Of a stretch of DNA of 44,722 nt, positions 33,620 through 41,745 are shown piece by piece. The translations under genes were made by a program, and so were the position numbers. Every line of letters begins with the position of its first letter. Position 1 is the first letter of the stretch. The DNA lies in IMG/VR virus record IMGVR_UViG_3300045988_086091; one strand, written 5' to 3'. This DNA comes from a virus. Below the pieces are notes generated by a model. It made no database searches, was not told the origin of the DNA, and saw only the letters and a list, made by a program, of their open reading frames with translations.

Positions 33620-34065
33620 GGGTCATCCACCGTCCTCTCAAATCTAATTTTCATTTGGGCCGGGTATAGATCGACCTGCGGCCTTCGCTTCCCGGTCCAT
33701 CGAAGCCCACCTGCCTTCCCGACGCACTTCCATCCAGAGGCCCGGAGGCTTGCCCCTGTTTCGCTCTCCAAAATGTAGGTCACCAGGCGCTTATATCCCA
33801 TGGCCCTTGCCGCTCTCCAGGAGGCCGCATAAAGCATGGAACAGGCATTACGGGTCCCATCTGTACACAATCGAGTGACTTCCAGGGTCCATCCGTCATC
33901 CAGAAATCGACCGACCGGGCGGCCTACTATGGCTACGCCCACGACCTTCTCTCCATCAGATACCCCTATGGAGAATTTGTGTCCCACCACGGGCTTATGG
34001 TGTCTGTGGTACTGCTCGACGAAAGCGTTGGCCTCCCGGAGGGTCATTGGAATTAGCTCAAGCAT
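33616..34065 (-). CDS. GNAT-fold-like protein of the type annotated as XF1762 family
   Basis: Motifs LREANAFVEQYHRHHKPVVGHKFSIG, GVAIVGRPVGRFLDDGWTLEVTRLCTDGTRNACSMLY and TGASLRASGW. Confidence 0.6.
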   Translation of the reverse strand: MLELIPMTLREANAFVEQYHRHHKPVVGHKFSIGVSDGEKVVGVAIVGRPVGRFLDDGWTLEVTRLCTDGTRNACSMLYAASWRAARAMGYKRLVTYILESETGASLRASGWKCVGKAGGLRWTGKRRPQVDLYPAQMKIRFERTVDDP

Positions 34066-34066
34066 T

Positions 34067-34639
34067 TTACCCCTCCCCGTATGGGTCCGGCAGGCTCCAG
34101 TCCCAGGTGTCGCCGGTCTTCTCATACTCCTTGCGGAAGTGGTTCTCCAGGCCGTCCCCCTCAAAGAAGAGGTAGTCCTCCGGGAGGGTCCGGCCCACGT
34201 CCTCGACGCCGTTCTGTTCCAGATACCAGCGGTACAGCACGTCGTCGGCCAGGGCCAGGAACTCATCCGTGACCGGGGAAGCCGGGTCGTAGGCGAACTG
34301 GTAAGGCTTGCTGAGCACTTCGGCCAGGGTGTCGCCGAATGTGCCGGCGTCCAGCCGGTTCAGAGCACACCAGGCCACGGCGGCCTGCCGGGCCGTGCTG
34401 GGGACGCCGCGGGCCTCGGCCCATATCGTCTTTGCCAGCATTTCTACTTCCTCATAGGTCCAGGGGAGTGCCGCGGCTTCCGGGGAGGACATAGGCTCCG
34501 GTGCGGGAGCGGTGGACAGGAGCGGCGTCGGCGCTTCTTCCAGCTCGGCCCCTCCGGCGCTGTTCGGCTCCAGGCCGACAGTCGCAAAGATCAGCACGCA
34601 CAAGGCGCAGCAGATCAGGGTGATTGCTTTCTCTTTCAT
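34067..34639 (-). CDS. Secreted SleB-type cell wall hydrolase
   Basis: N-terminal hydrophobic signal (ITLICCALCVLIFA). Core LAKTIWAEARG...AVAWCALNRLD...PYQF. Confidence 0.7.
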   Translation of the reverse strand: MKEKAITLICCALCVLIFATVGLEPNSAGGAELEEAPTPLLSTAPAPEPMSSPEAAALPWTYEEVEMLAKTIWAEARGVPSTARQAAVAWCALNRLDAGTFGDTLAEVLSKPYQFAYDPASPVTDEFLALADDVLYRWYLEQNGVEDVGRTLPEDYLFFEGDGLENHFRKEYEKTGDTWDWSLPDPYGEG

Positions 34640-34654
34640 GGGTCCCTCCATCGC

Positions 34655-35350
34655 TTAGCGCCTTCGGCGCATTTCTTCGTAGTCCATGGCGTCGTCTACG
34701 GTTTTAATGCCACGGGCCCTAAAATTATCATAGATACCGCCTATATACCCCCAATGCAGTTTCCCTTGAGTGCGGGCCTGATCGAAGGCGTATGCAAGAA
34801 GCTCCTTCTTTTCCTCCGGGAAGGTCATGGTCCATTGACCGTCCTCGTGGTGCGTCTGCTCCTTGATGTAGTAAAAGACCTTCCGCACATCGTCCGGCGT
34901 CGGGTTCTGCTTCGGGTAAAACTCCAGCCACAGCTTCTCGGTGATCTCCCGGAGCTCCTGGCCCAGGGCCTCGGTATAGCCGAAATAGGTCGTGATGTCG
35001 TCCTTGACCTCTCCCAGGAAGTCTTCGTCCTCCGGCGGCCCTGGGGGTATGTACGGGCCCTCCAGGGCGTCCACGGAGTTCATGTGGTAGGTGCTGGGCT
35101 TCCCCTTGACGCCGGGGGTGAAGGCGATGAGGCCGGCCTCCACAAGCTCCTTTCGAGCGTCAAGCGCCATCCCCTTTGACCTGGTGTTAATCATTTCCAT
35201 CACCCTTTTGTTATCGAGCTGGAAATCGTCCGGCCATCTAAGCACATTCGCAAGGTCCATGAGCTTGTACCATAGGAGCTGAGCGTTTGTGGAGAGAGGG
35301 GCCCGCCGCATACGCCGGGCGAAGGCGTTGATCTCTCGCAAGTAGTTCAA
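34655..35350 (-). CDS. DnaD-like replication initiation/replisome organizer protein
   Basis: TTG start behind AAGGAGG. C-terminal WGYIGGIYDNFRARGIKTVDDAM motif. Confidence 0.6.
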   Translation of the reverse strand: MNYLREINAFARRMRRAPLSTNAQLLWYKLMDLANVLRWPDDFQLDNKRVMEMINTRSKGMALDARKELVEAGLIAFTPGVKGKPSTYHMNSVDALEGPYIPPGPPEDEDFLGEVKDDITTYFGYTEALGQELREITEKLWLEFYPKQNPTPDDVRKVFYYIKEQTHHEDGQWTMTFPEEKKELLAYAFDQARTQGKLHWGYIGGIYDNFRARGIKTVDDAMDYEEMRRRR

Positions 35351-35401
35351 CGGGCGGGCCCTCCTTTCCGTAGGTATTCGGGGCCGCCCGGCCCCTGGGT
35401 C

Positions 35402-38400
35402 TTATTCTATCGCCACGACGCTGCCGTCTTCTCCGGCGGTCACGACGATATTCTGGTTGAACCGTGCCTTCATGGTCGGGTCGTGAGAGATTGCCAGGAT
35501 ACGCATATTCGGGTTGCGGGTCGCCATGTTCAGCAGCGCGTCGGCATAGGCGTCCGTTCCGTCGGCGTCCAGGAAGGGGGGCTCGTCGATGAACAGCATT
35601 CCGAGCTGCACGCCCGCCCGGCGGGCCTTGACGTCCGCCAGGCCCAGGGTAACGGCCAGCGCGATCTTGACCTTCTCGCCGCCGCTATGGCTCTGGTAGG
35701 GTCGTGTTCCACCGGCCAGGGTGTTTATCCAGACCTCCAGGCTGTTGACGATCTGCTTCGTGGACTTCTGCTCCCGCTCGGTGCGGATGTCCACGGCCAT
35801 GCGCCCGCCGGTCATGGCAGCCAGAATATCGTTGCTCTGGCGCATGATCTCCGGCACGACGCCCCGGATTATCATGTACTGGATACCATCGAGGCCGAAC
35901 GCCTGGACCAGCGTCGTGTAGTCGTTGAGGGAGGCGGCGGCCTCTTCCACTTCCCGCCGGAGCTGGGCGGTCTGGACCTCCGCCTCGGAGATCGCGTCCA
36001 GTTTCGCCTTGATGGTGCCGCGCCGTGTGGCGCGGTCGGTTACTTTCTTCCGGCGGCTGTTCAGTATGGCCCGGAGCCCTTCTGGGTTCCCCTGGGCCTT
36101 CGGGGCCCGCTGCCTGATTTCCTCGGCCTCCTGGTGTGCGGCGAGGACCTTGTTTGTCAAATCGTCGATCTCGGAGCGCAGCCGCTCAAGCTGGGGAGCC
36201 AGGGCGTCGGCGGTGGCCCCTGCCGCCTGACAGTCTGCCAGGTGCGCCGCGATGGGCTCTTCAATCTCGATGGTCTGCTGGGCCCTCTGGTACTCCATAA
36301 CCGCCAGCCCCAGGGCCGCCCGCTCGGCGTCGATCTCCAAGGACCGCTTCTCGGCGTCCTGGATGGTCTTCTCTGCCGCCTGGATGGAGGCGGCAATCTC
36401 TTCCACCTTCGCCTCTGCGGCAGCCAGGCGCGGGGTCTGGTCGGCCAGCTCCCGGTGCTTTCGCTCTTCGCGGTCCAGCTCAGAGAGCTCCGCCGCCGGG
36501 TCGCCCATGGCCTCGTCGGCGGCCTTGGCCTCGTTGTAGACCTTCATCAAGTCCTCATACCGTTGCCGGTCCTCCGCCTTGGTCTGCTCCAGAACCGAGG
36601 ACAGGTCAGGGATGGCGGCATGGGCGGCAATGGCGGACGTCAGGAATTTACAGGTAGCCTCTCCAGGGATGGGGCAACCGCTGTCGGCCAGCTTCTCCGC
36701 TTCCGCCTGGGCAGCCTTCAACCGGCTTTGCAGGTCGGCGATCCTCACGCGGCTGTCTGCCACGTGCTGATCGACCGCAGCCTTCGCCTCGTTCATGGCC
36801 TTCTCGGTTTCATAGGCCCTCATCAGGCGGGCGTGGGCGTCCTCCTTCCGGGCCACCAGGGCCTCAATCGCAGCCTGGGCGACCTCGATCTCCGCCTTCC
36901 TGGAGAGGATGGCTTCATACTGCCGCTGCTTCCACCGCAGGTCCACCAGGTCAGCTTCCGCGCTGCCGATGGCTTTCTCCAGGCGAGCCTTCTCCTTCAA
37001 GAGCTCCTTGTCCCGCTCCACCTGGGGGGCGAGTTCCTGGAGCTTTGCCCTGGCAGCAGCAAGCCTCTCGGTGGCCTCTTGGGCGGCGCTCAGGCCGTTT
37101 TTCATGTGGAGGGCATTGGAGTATTTCAGCTCCAGTTCTTCGCGCTCCTGGGCCTTCCGGTCCCTTTCGCGGTCATATTCCAGGCTTTGGGCCTCCTTCT
37201 CGCTGGCCTGCCGAAGTACCTCCTTGAGTAGGGCCTCGGCGCTCTCCAGGGCGCGGAGGTCCGCTTCTCCGACCTCGATCTCGTGGTTGAGCTGGTCGAT
37301 CTCTTCGGAGAGCACCATGTCGTTGTCCAGCAGATCGTCCTTCGCGCTGATCTGCTCCCCCAGGACGTTGATACGTTCCTTGAGGGCGGCGATCTTCCGG
37401 CGCTGCTCCGTGGCCGCTGCCTTGGCGATGTCCTCCATGCGCCCGTAGATGTCCAGGCCCAGGAGGGCGGACAGGACCTCCATCCGCCGGTCGCTGTCGG
37501 CGTCCAGGAAGAGGCCGTAGGCGTCCTGGCGGATAAGGGCGATGGAGCAGAAGGTATTGCAGTCCATGCCGAGCAGCCGCTCGATCTTCGCCTGGGTCAG
37601 CTTCATGGTGGTATCGCTTTCATCGGCCCACGCCTGGGCGTCCTGATTCCACCGCTGGAGGGCCAGGGTGCCGCGCCCGCTCTTCGTGCGGGTGCGAATG
37701 ACCCGGTAGTCCTGGCCGCCCATGCCGAACGTGAAGGAGATACTGCCGCTTTTGGTTCCGTCCCGGACCCAGCCGCCGATGTCCTCCTTGCGGGTCTGCT
37801 CATAGAGGCAATCCGCGATGGCGTCCATGAAGAGCGAGGACTTCCCGACGCCGTTCTGGCCGTTCACCATAGCCATGTGGACCGGCTCGAAGTCAAAGGA
37901 CGCCTCCGTGTAGCTCCGGTAGTTCTTCACCTCGATCACCTTCGGCATGAAGGCGCCGGTGTGCTTGCTGTCCTCGCGCCCATCGTCGGCCTGCTTGATG
38001 ATCGGAGCCGCCAGCTCCAGCAGCCGCGCTGCCTTCTCGCCGGTGATCTCGTTGGTGTCCAGCCAGCGGGCCAGGCACTCAGCCGGGCCGTCGTGCTCCG
38101 TGAGCTGGTCTTTGGCGTCCAGGGCCTCCACGTCCTCCGGGAATATCTCAGCCACATGGAAGGCACCGGCGGCGACAATCTGCTTCTGGAGCTCGGCACG
38201 GTTGAAGGCTTTCTCCTGTTCCGCCGTGCAGCTATACCGCACGCGGATGATACGGCCCTCCAGGTTGGCCGGCATACGGAAGGAGCCGGTGGAGATGAAG
38301 TCCGCGACCTGTTGGGAGTTCAAGCGGACCGTCAGGTGCTCCCGCTCCGGGGTTCGCTTGAAGGTGCTTACCACCCTGCCCTGGTCTATCTCGTGAATGT

Positions 38401-39184
38401 AGAAGCCGTGCTCCGTGCCCTCATCGTTGAAGGTGAGCTGGTTCGGGCTCCCGCAGTAATAGGCAGGCGTGTTGCAGGCGAGGCGCTGGGGCTTGTGGAT
38501 ATGTCCGAAACAGCCCAGGGTCACGCCCGCGGCGTCGATGGTGGCCGGAAGGACCACCACGTCCTGACCGGCCAGGAAGGTGCTGCCGTTGTCCGCCTCG
38601 CTCCCGCTGACCGTGTAGTGGGCCGTCAGGATGGAGGGGATACTCCGGTCAAGCTCCGTACTCAGGCCCAGAATGATGTCGTTGACAAGGGCGGTCGCGT
38701 TCCGGTTCTCGGTTTCCTTGTCCGCCCCAGGGCAGAAGAGGCGCAGCCGGGCTTTGTCGAAGCCGGGCACGGCCATGATCTGGACCGGGCCGCCGCCGGT
38801 GGAGATCGTTTCCACCTTTGGCTCGGTGTAGATGTGCAGGTTCTTGAGGTCTGCCGTCGCCTTGCGGATGACCTCGAAGGCGCGGGGGTTATCATGGTTC
38901 ATCGTCCCGAACAGCAGCACCACCGCGCCGCTGCACTTGCAGATAGGCCGGATGAACTGCTCCAGGGCGTCGTTGACGTCATCCAGGGCGGTGTCCGCCC
39001 ATACGCGGGACCTATTGAACAGGTCGCCCGCGATGATCGTCACGTCCGGCTCCGCGAGAAATGCCTCGTGATAGACGGCCTCCATACACCGCAGGGTGTC
39101 CAGGCGGCGCAGATTCTCGCCGTCCTTGGTGGGCCCGGCCAGATCGCCCAGGTGAATGTCGCCGGTGTGCAGTATCTTAATCAT
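35402..39184 (-). CDS. Fused SbcD/Mre11-like nuclease and SbcC/Rad50-like ATPase
   Basis: ATG 39184 behind GGAGG. N-terminal ILHTGDIHLGD...GHIH phosphoesterase motifs, Walker A GQNGVGKSS, a long coiled coil, signature SGGEK and Walker B LFIDEP. Confidence 0.8.
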   Translation of the reverse strand: MIKILHTGDIHLGDLAGPTKDGENLRRLDTLRCMEAVYHEAFLAEPDVTIIAGDLFNRSRVWADTALDDVNDALEQFIRPICKCSGAVVLLFGTMNHDNPRAFEVIRKATADLKNLHIYTEPKVETISTGGGPVQIMAVPGFDKARLRLFCPGADKETENRNATALVNDIILGLSTELDRSIPSILTAHYTVSGSEADNGSTFLAGQDVVVLPATIDAAGVTLGCFGHIHKPQRLACNTPAYYCGSPNQLTFNDEGTEHGFYIHEIDQGRVVSTFKRTPEREHLTVRLNSQQVADFISTGSFRMPANLEGRIIRVRYSCTAEQEKAFNRAELQKQIVAAGAFHVAEIFPEDVEALDAKDQLTEHDGPAECLARWLDTNEITGEKAARLLELAAPIIKQADDGREDSKHTGAFMPKVIEVKNYRSYTEASFDFEPVHMAMVNGQNGVGKSSLFMDAIADCLYEQTRKEDIGGWVRDGTKSGSISFTFGMGGQDYRVIRTRTKSGRGTLALQRWNQDAQAWADESDTTMKLTQAKIERLLGMDCNTFCSIALIRQDAYGLFLDADSDRRMEVLSALLGLDIYGRMEDIAKAAATEQRRKIAALKERINVLGEQISAKDDLLDNDMVLSEEIDQLNHEIEVGEADLRALESAEALLKEVLRQASEKEAQSLEYDRERDRKAQEREELELKYSNALHMKNGLSAAQEATERLAAARAKLQELAPQVERDKELLKEKARLEKAIGSAEADLVDLRWKQRQYEAILSRKAEIEVAQAAIEALVARKEDAHARLMRAYETEKAMNEAKAAVDQHVADSRVRIADLQSRLKAAQAEAEKLADSGCPIPGEATCKFLTSAIAAHAAIPDLSSVLEQTKAEDRQRYEDLMKVYNEAKAADEAMGDPAAELSELDREERKHRELADQTPRLAAAEAKVEEIAASIQAAEKTIQDAEKRSLEIDAERAALGLAVMEYQRAQQTIEIEEPIAAHLADCQAAGATADALAPQLERLRSEIDDLTNKVLAAHQEAEEIRQRAPKAQGNPEGLRAILNSRRKKVTDRATRRGTIKAKLDAISEAEVQTAQLRREVEEAAASLNDYTTLVQAFGLDGIQYMIIRGVVPEIMRQSNDILAAMTGGRMAVDIRTEREQKSTKQIVNSLEVWINTLAGGTRPYQSHSGGEKVKIALAVTLGLADVKARRAGVQLGMLFIDEPPFLDADGTDAYADALLNMATRNPNMRILAISHDPTMKARFNQNIVVTAGEDGSVVAIE

Positions 39185-39317
39185 GGCCTTTCGCCTCCTC
39201 ATCCTCTCGTTTCTGTGCCCTTGCACCGTCAAGATAGGCCGCCCAATAGCGGGCGTCATCAAGGTTGATGCCGCTCTCTTCCTCCAGCCGCTTTTCCGCG
39301 AACTCAATAACCGTCAT
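39177..39317 (-). CDS. 46-aa acidic hypothetical protein (below the ORF-track cutoff)
   Basis: ATGA-coupled to the SSAP stop. Its TAA overlaps the SbcDC start (ATGATTAA). Confidence 0.45.
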   Translation of the reverse strand: MTVIEFAEKRLEEESGINLDDARYWAAYLDGARAQKREDEEAKGHD

Positions 39318-40369
39318 CTCCGCGCTCCTTTCATCTTCTCCTGGCACTCAGGGCAGAGGACGCGGCCATAGGTCCGCTGGCTGTATCCGGCGATGTCCTC
39401 CGGCGTCCACTTCCTGCCGCTCCGGGCCTGCCCGCCGGTGATCTGCCGGTGGCAGTCGGAACAGTAGATACCCTGGGGAGGCTCCGGGGCCTCCGGGGGT
39501 TCCTCCCAGGCCGGCGGTCCGTTGTACTGAGGCTCACGGCTCCAGCTATCTTCCGGCTCTTCCGGGGCCTCCGGCCAGGGCATTTGCCCCGGTGCCTCAT
39601 CGTCATAGGGCGGAATTACTTCGGCCTCCTGGGCGGTAGGCAGGGCCGCCGGTGCCGCGTGCCCAGGCATTTCAAACAGCATTCCCATGGACTGGAGGTA
39701 GCTGCTGGCGACCGCCTGCTTGATCTCCGGCGCGTCCAGGTTGGGGACCACACGCGCCACCACAAACGGCTTTTTGAGGTCTTCAAGGGAGTATGTACCG
39801 GCAAGACCCAGGGCGGCCCGGATGGCCCGCATGAAGGCTTTACTTTCCGCCATAGCGGTTCTGTGGGGTAGGAAGCGCCGGTACTGCTGCCCGTTGATAC
39901 CGTCCTTCATGCCGGAGGCTTCCAGGGTGCAGTCGATTTCCTTCGTGGCCTTCATCATGCGGAAGCCCCCGGAGGGCTCCGGCACTCGAATGGTAACGGT
40001 TACGGCGACGTCGTGGACGTGCTCGCAGTTGCCGCACACCCTCGGCTTCCCGGTGGCCCGCGCCATTTCAATGCACCGCTGGCAGCCCTCAGTCCGTCCG
40101 GGCTGGGTGTCCACAATGCTGATGTTGGCAGCCGCGGCCAGCTTCATCCCGGCCACCTTCGTGATGGCGAATGCGCCGCTGGACCGCTCAAAATAGATGT
40201 CCTTGCTCGGCCCGTGGTTGGAGCTGTCCTGCCTGGTGTCGAGCTGAACCTCGGAAACGGTGATCCGCTGGAGGTTGGACGCCACCTGCATAGTGGTGAC
40301 AGGCACCAGCACGTTATACCTGTCGGTGGGGTACTTATTGAGCTGGACAATGGTCTGACTTAAATCCAT
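39314..40369 (-). CDS. Putative single-strand annealing protein (Rad52/ERF-like) with two zinc-ribbon motifs
   Basis: ATG 40369 behind AAAGGAG. AESKAFMRAIRAALGLAGTY resembles the SSAP core. CQRC..CGNC and CSDC..CPEC motifs. Adjacent to the nuclease gene. Confidence 0.45.
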   Translation of the reverse strand: MDLSQTIVQLNKYPTDRYNVLVPVTTMQVASNLQRITVSEVQLDTRQDSSNHGPSKDIYFERSSGAFAITKVAGMKLAAAANISIVDTQPGRTEGCQRCIEMARATGKPRVCGNCEHVHDVAVTVTIRVPEPSGGFRMMKATKEIDCTLEASGMKDGINGQQYRRFLPHRTAMAESKAFMRAIRAALGLAGTYSLEDLKKPFVVARVVPNLDAPEIKQAVASSYLQSMGMLFEMPGHAAPAALPTAQEAEVIPPYDDEAPGQMPWPEAPEEPEDSWSREPQYNGPPAWEEPPEAPEPPQGIYCSDCHRQITGGQARSGRKWTPEDIAGYSQRTYGRVLCPECQEKMKGARR

Positions 40370-40386
40370 GATGATCTCCTTTCGAC

Positions 40387-40416
40387 TTGACACAGCCGGG
40401 TGGAGAGTGCTATAAT
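40387..40416 (+). promoter_or_regulatory. Near-consensus sigma-70 promoter on the + strand (antisense to the early operon)
   Basis: TTGACA (40387-40392), 18-nt spacer, TGCTATAAT (40408-40416). Confidence 0.55.
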
Positions 40417-40422
40417 ACTAAC

Positions 40423-40487
40423 AGTAGGTTAGCTATTTTCGCACTTGGCCGCTTCCCGTTGCACCGGGGGCGGCCTTTCCCTTTCCC
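40423..40487 (+). ncRNA. Candidate oop-like antisense RNA
   Basis: Starts downstream of the promoter at 40387-40416. Contains a 6+4-bp hairpin (40447-40475) with a UUGCAC loop, followed by CUUUCCCUUUCCC. Antisense to the 3' end of gene 40433-40933. Confidence 0.35.
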
Positions 40488-40933
40488 AGGCCAATCAACA
40501 TAATGTCCGTGATACTCTCTTCCAGCTTCCGTAGGAACACGAGCACGTCCTCGAAGTCCTGGCGCTCATCCTGGGAGATCACGCCGTCGAAGGCGATCTC
40601 TTCCAGGCGGTCCGCTACGGCCTGCCCATCCCCCAGTAGGCGGCTCACCCGCAGGGTGGCATGAGGGAGAGGACGGTCCGTGGCCGTCCTCCCGGTGGCC
40701 TTGCCTACCGGGCAGGTGGCGCAGTAGCGTGGGAGAATGTCGGGGCTTTTGTAGCACTCCGCGTAGACCATGACGTCTTCCGGCTCCATTTCGACGTCCC
40801 CGCGCTCATGCCGGCCTATCGTTTCTGGGGAGAACGGAACCGCCGTTGACGCCGTTTCCCTATTTGCATATCCGGCCCTGATACGTGCCTCCCTCAGATA
40901 TGAGGGAGGTATCTTTTTTATCGTTGCAGACAT
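40433..40933 (-). CDS. XRE-family HTH regulator
   Basis: N-terminal LREARIRAGYANRETASTAVPFSPETIGRHERG. Ends with TAG inside repeat copy A. Confidence 0.6.
   Translation of the reverse strand: MSATIKKIPPSYLREARIRAGYANRETASTAVPFSPETIGRHERGDVEMEPEDVMVYAECYKSPDILPRYCATCPVGKATGRTATDRPLPHATLRVSRLLGDGQAVADRLEEIAFDGVISQDERQDFEDVLVFLRKLEESITDIMLIGLGKGKAAPGATGSGQVRK
40447..40475 (-). promoter_or_regulatory. GUGCAA-loop hairpin, copy A
   Basis: Outer stem GGCCGC/GCGGCC, inner stem CCCG/CGGG, loop GUGCAA. Followed by GGCCAAGUGCGAAAAUAG. Confidence 0.6.
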
Positions 40934-40965
40934 TCAGGTCATCTCCTTTCTGGGGTATAATTTAA

Positions 40966-41330
40966 TCAGCAGATAGGAGCGATCTGCTCAATCCGGCGGG
41001 CCGCGCGGAACGCATTGTCGGTAAGCTGCCGCTGCCACGCCCCTTGAGAAGGGGCCCACCGGAAGCCCTCGCTCTTGAGCTCCGCCCGGAGATCGGCGTC
41101 CGGCTTGCCGTCGAAGATGATCTGGAGCCGGTTCTCATCGGTGTTCACGACCACCTGCCCCCCGTCAAACTCCCAGCCCTCCGGGGCCGGTTCCGTCTGG
41201 CGCTCGGCCAGGGCGGCAGCGCGACCGCCTTCCGATAGGAGGCGGTCGCGCTGCCCTCCTTGTAGTCGGAAAAACTGTTCATGTTCTTCGCCCGGCGGGC
41301 GGCGTCTTTGTTGATGGGATAGTAGGTCAT
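40966..41330 (-). pseudogene. Gene split across two frames (N-terminal MTYYPINKDAARRAKNMNSFSDYKEGSATASYRKAV; C-terminal NRLQIIFDGKPDADLRAELKSEGFRWAPSQGAWQRQL)
   Basis: ORFs 41145-41330 and 40966-41154 overlap out of frame. The second frame is open upstream back to about 41235. Confidence 0.4.
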
Positions 41331-41352
41331 GTTATTTTCTCCTTTCAGTTGC

Positions 41353-41745
41353 TCAGACGGTTGCACCCGCCATCTTTCGAGGTTCCACTCTTTTCCCGAT
41401 GAAGCAGTTGCCGCAGTAGTACCACAGGCCGTCGCGCTGGGAGAAGGTGGTATAGGTGGGCCTCCAATGCCCGGTGTCCGGGTCGTACTGGTGGCTGACC
41501 GGCTCCCCGCACTGGACCAGCGTCGCGGAGTTCGTGGCCGGAGGCAGGACGTTGAGGAAGTTCTCGACGATCTCATCCGTCACGAGGTCCCCAGGGCGGG
41601 CGGCCTTCTCGAAGTCACCGGCGCGGCGCCAGTCGTCCATCGTTATGATCTTGCGCTCCGCTGCTCCAGCCTCTTCCCTCCGGCAGTCGCAGACTTCGCA
41701 CGGGTCAAGGGCTGCTCCGCAGTAGTCGCAGAAGTAGTTGTGCAT
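41353..41745 (-). CDS. Hypothetical protein with N-terminal zinc-ribbon motif
   Basis: ATG behind GGAAAGGAGAG. Contains CDYCGAALDPCEVCDC. Confidence 0.55.
   Translation of the reverse strand: MHNYFCDYCGAALDPCEVCDCRREEAGAAERKIITMDDWRRAGDFEKAARPGDLVTDEIVENFLNVLPPATNSATLVQCGEPVSHQYDPDTGHWRPTYTTFSQRDGLWYYCGNCFIGKRVEPRKMAGATV
41356..41371 (-). promoter_or_regulatory. GUGCAA-loop hairpin, copy D
   Basis: Stem GGCGG/CCGUC with a G-U pair on the - strand only. Spans the stop codon of 41353-41745, about 25 nt upstream of ATG 41330. Confidence 0.5.

Noticed and set aside
35380-35395. The GGGGCC/GGCCCC hairpin between the SbcDC and DnaD-like genes as a terminator
   Set aside because: No U-tract follows on the coding strand. 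It is probably only a stabilising or spacing hairpin within the operon.
35402-39307. The large SMC/Rad50-like ATPase as an anti-phage defence system (Lamassu, Wadjet or Gabija-like), and the ORF-track start at 39307
   Set aside because: The protein has an SbcD-type nuclease N-terminus. It is translationally coupled to an SSAP-like gene and lies next to DnaD-like and RecU genes, so it reads as a phage recombination module. ATG 39184 has a strong SD and begins the conserved IKILHTGDIHLG motif, and the upstream 41 codons overlap a separate 46-aa ORF.
40956-40961. A + strand TATAAT at 40956-40961 as another antisense promoter
   Set aside because: The best -35 at 17-nt spacing is TTCAGG (3 of 6 matches) and there is no extended -10 or downstream terminator. 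It is much weaker evidence than the 40387 promoter.
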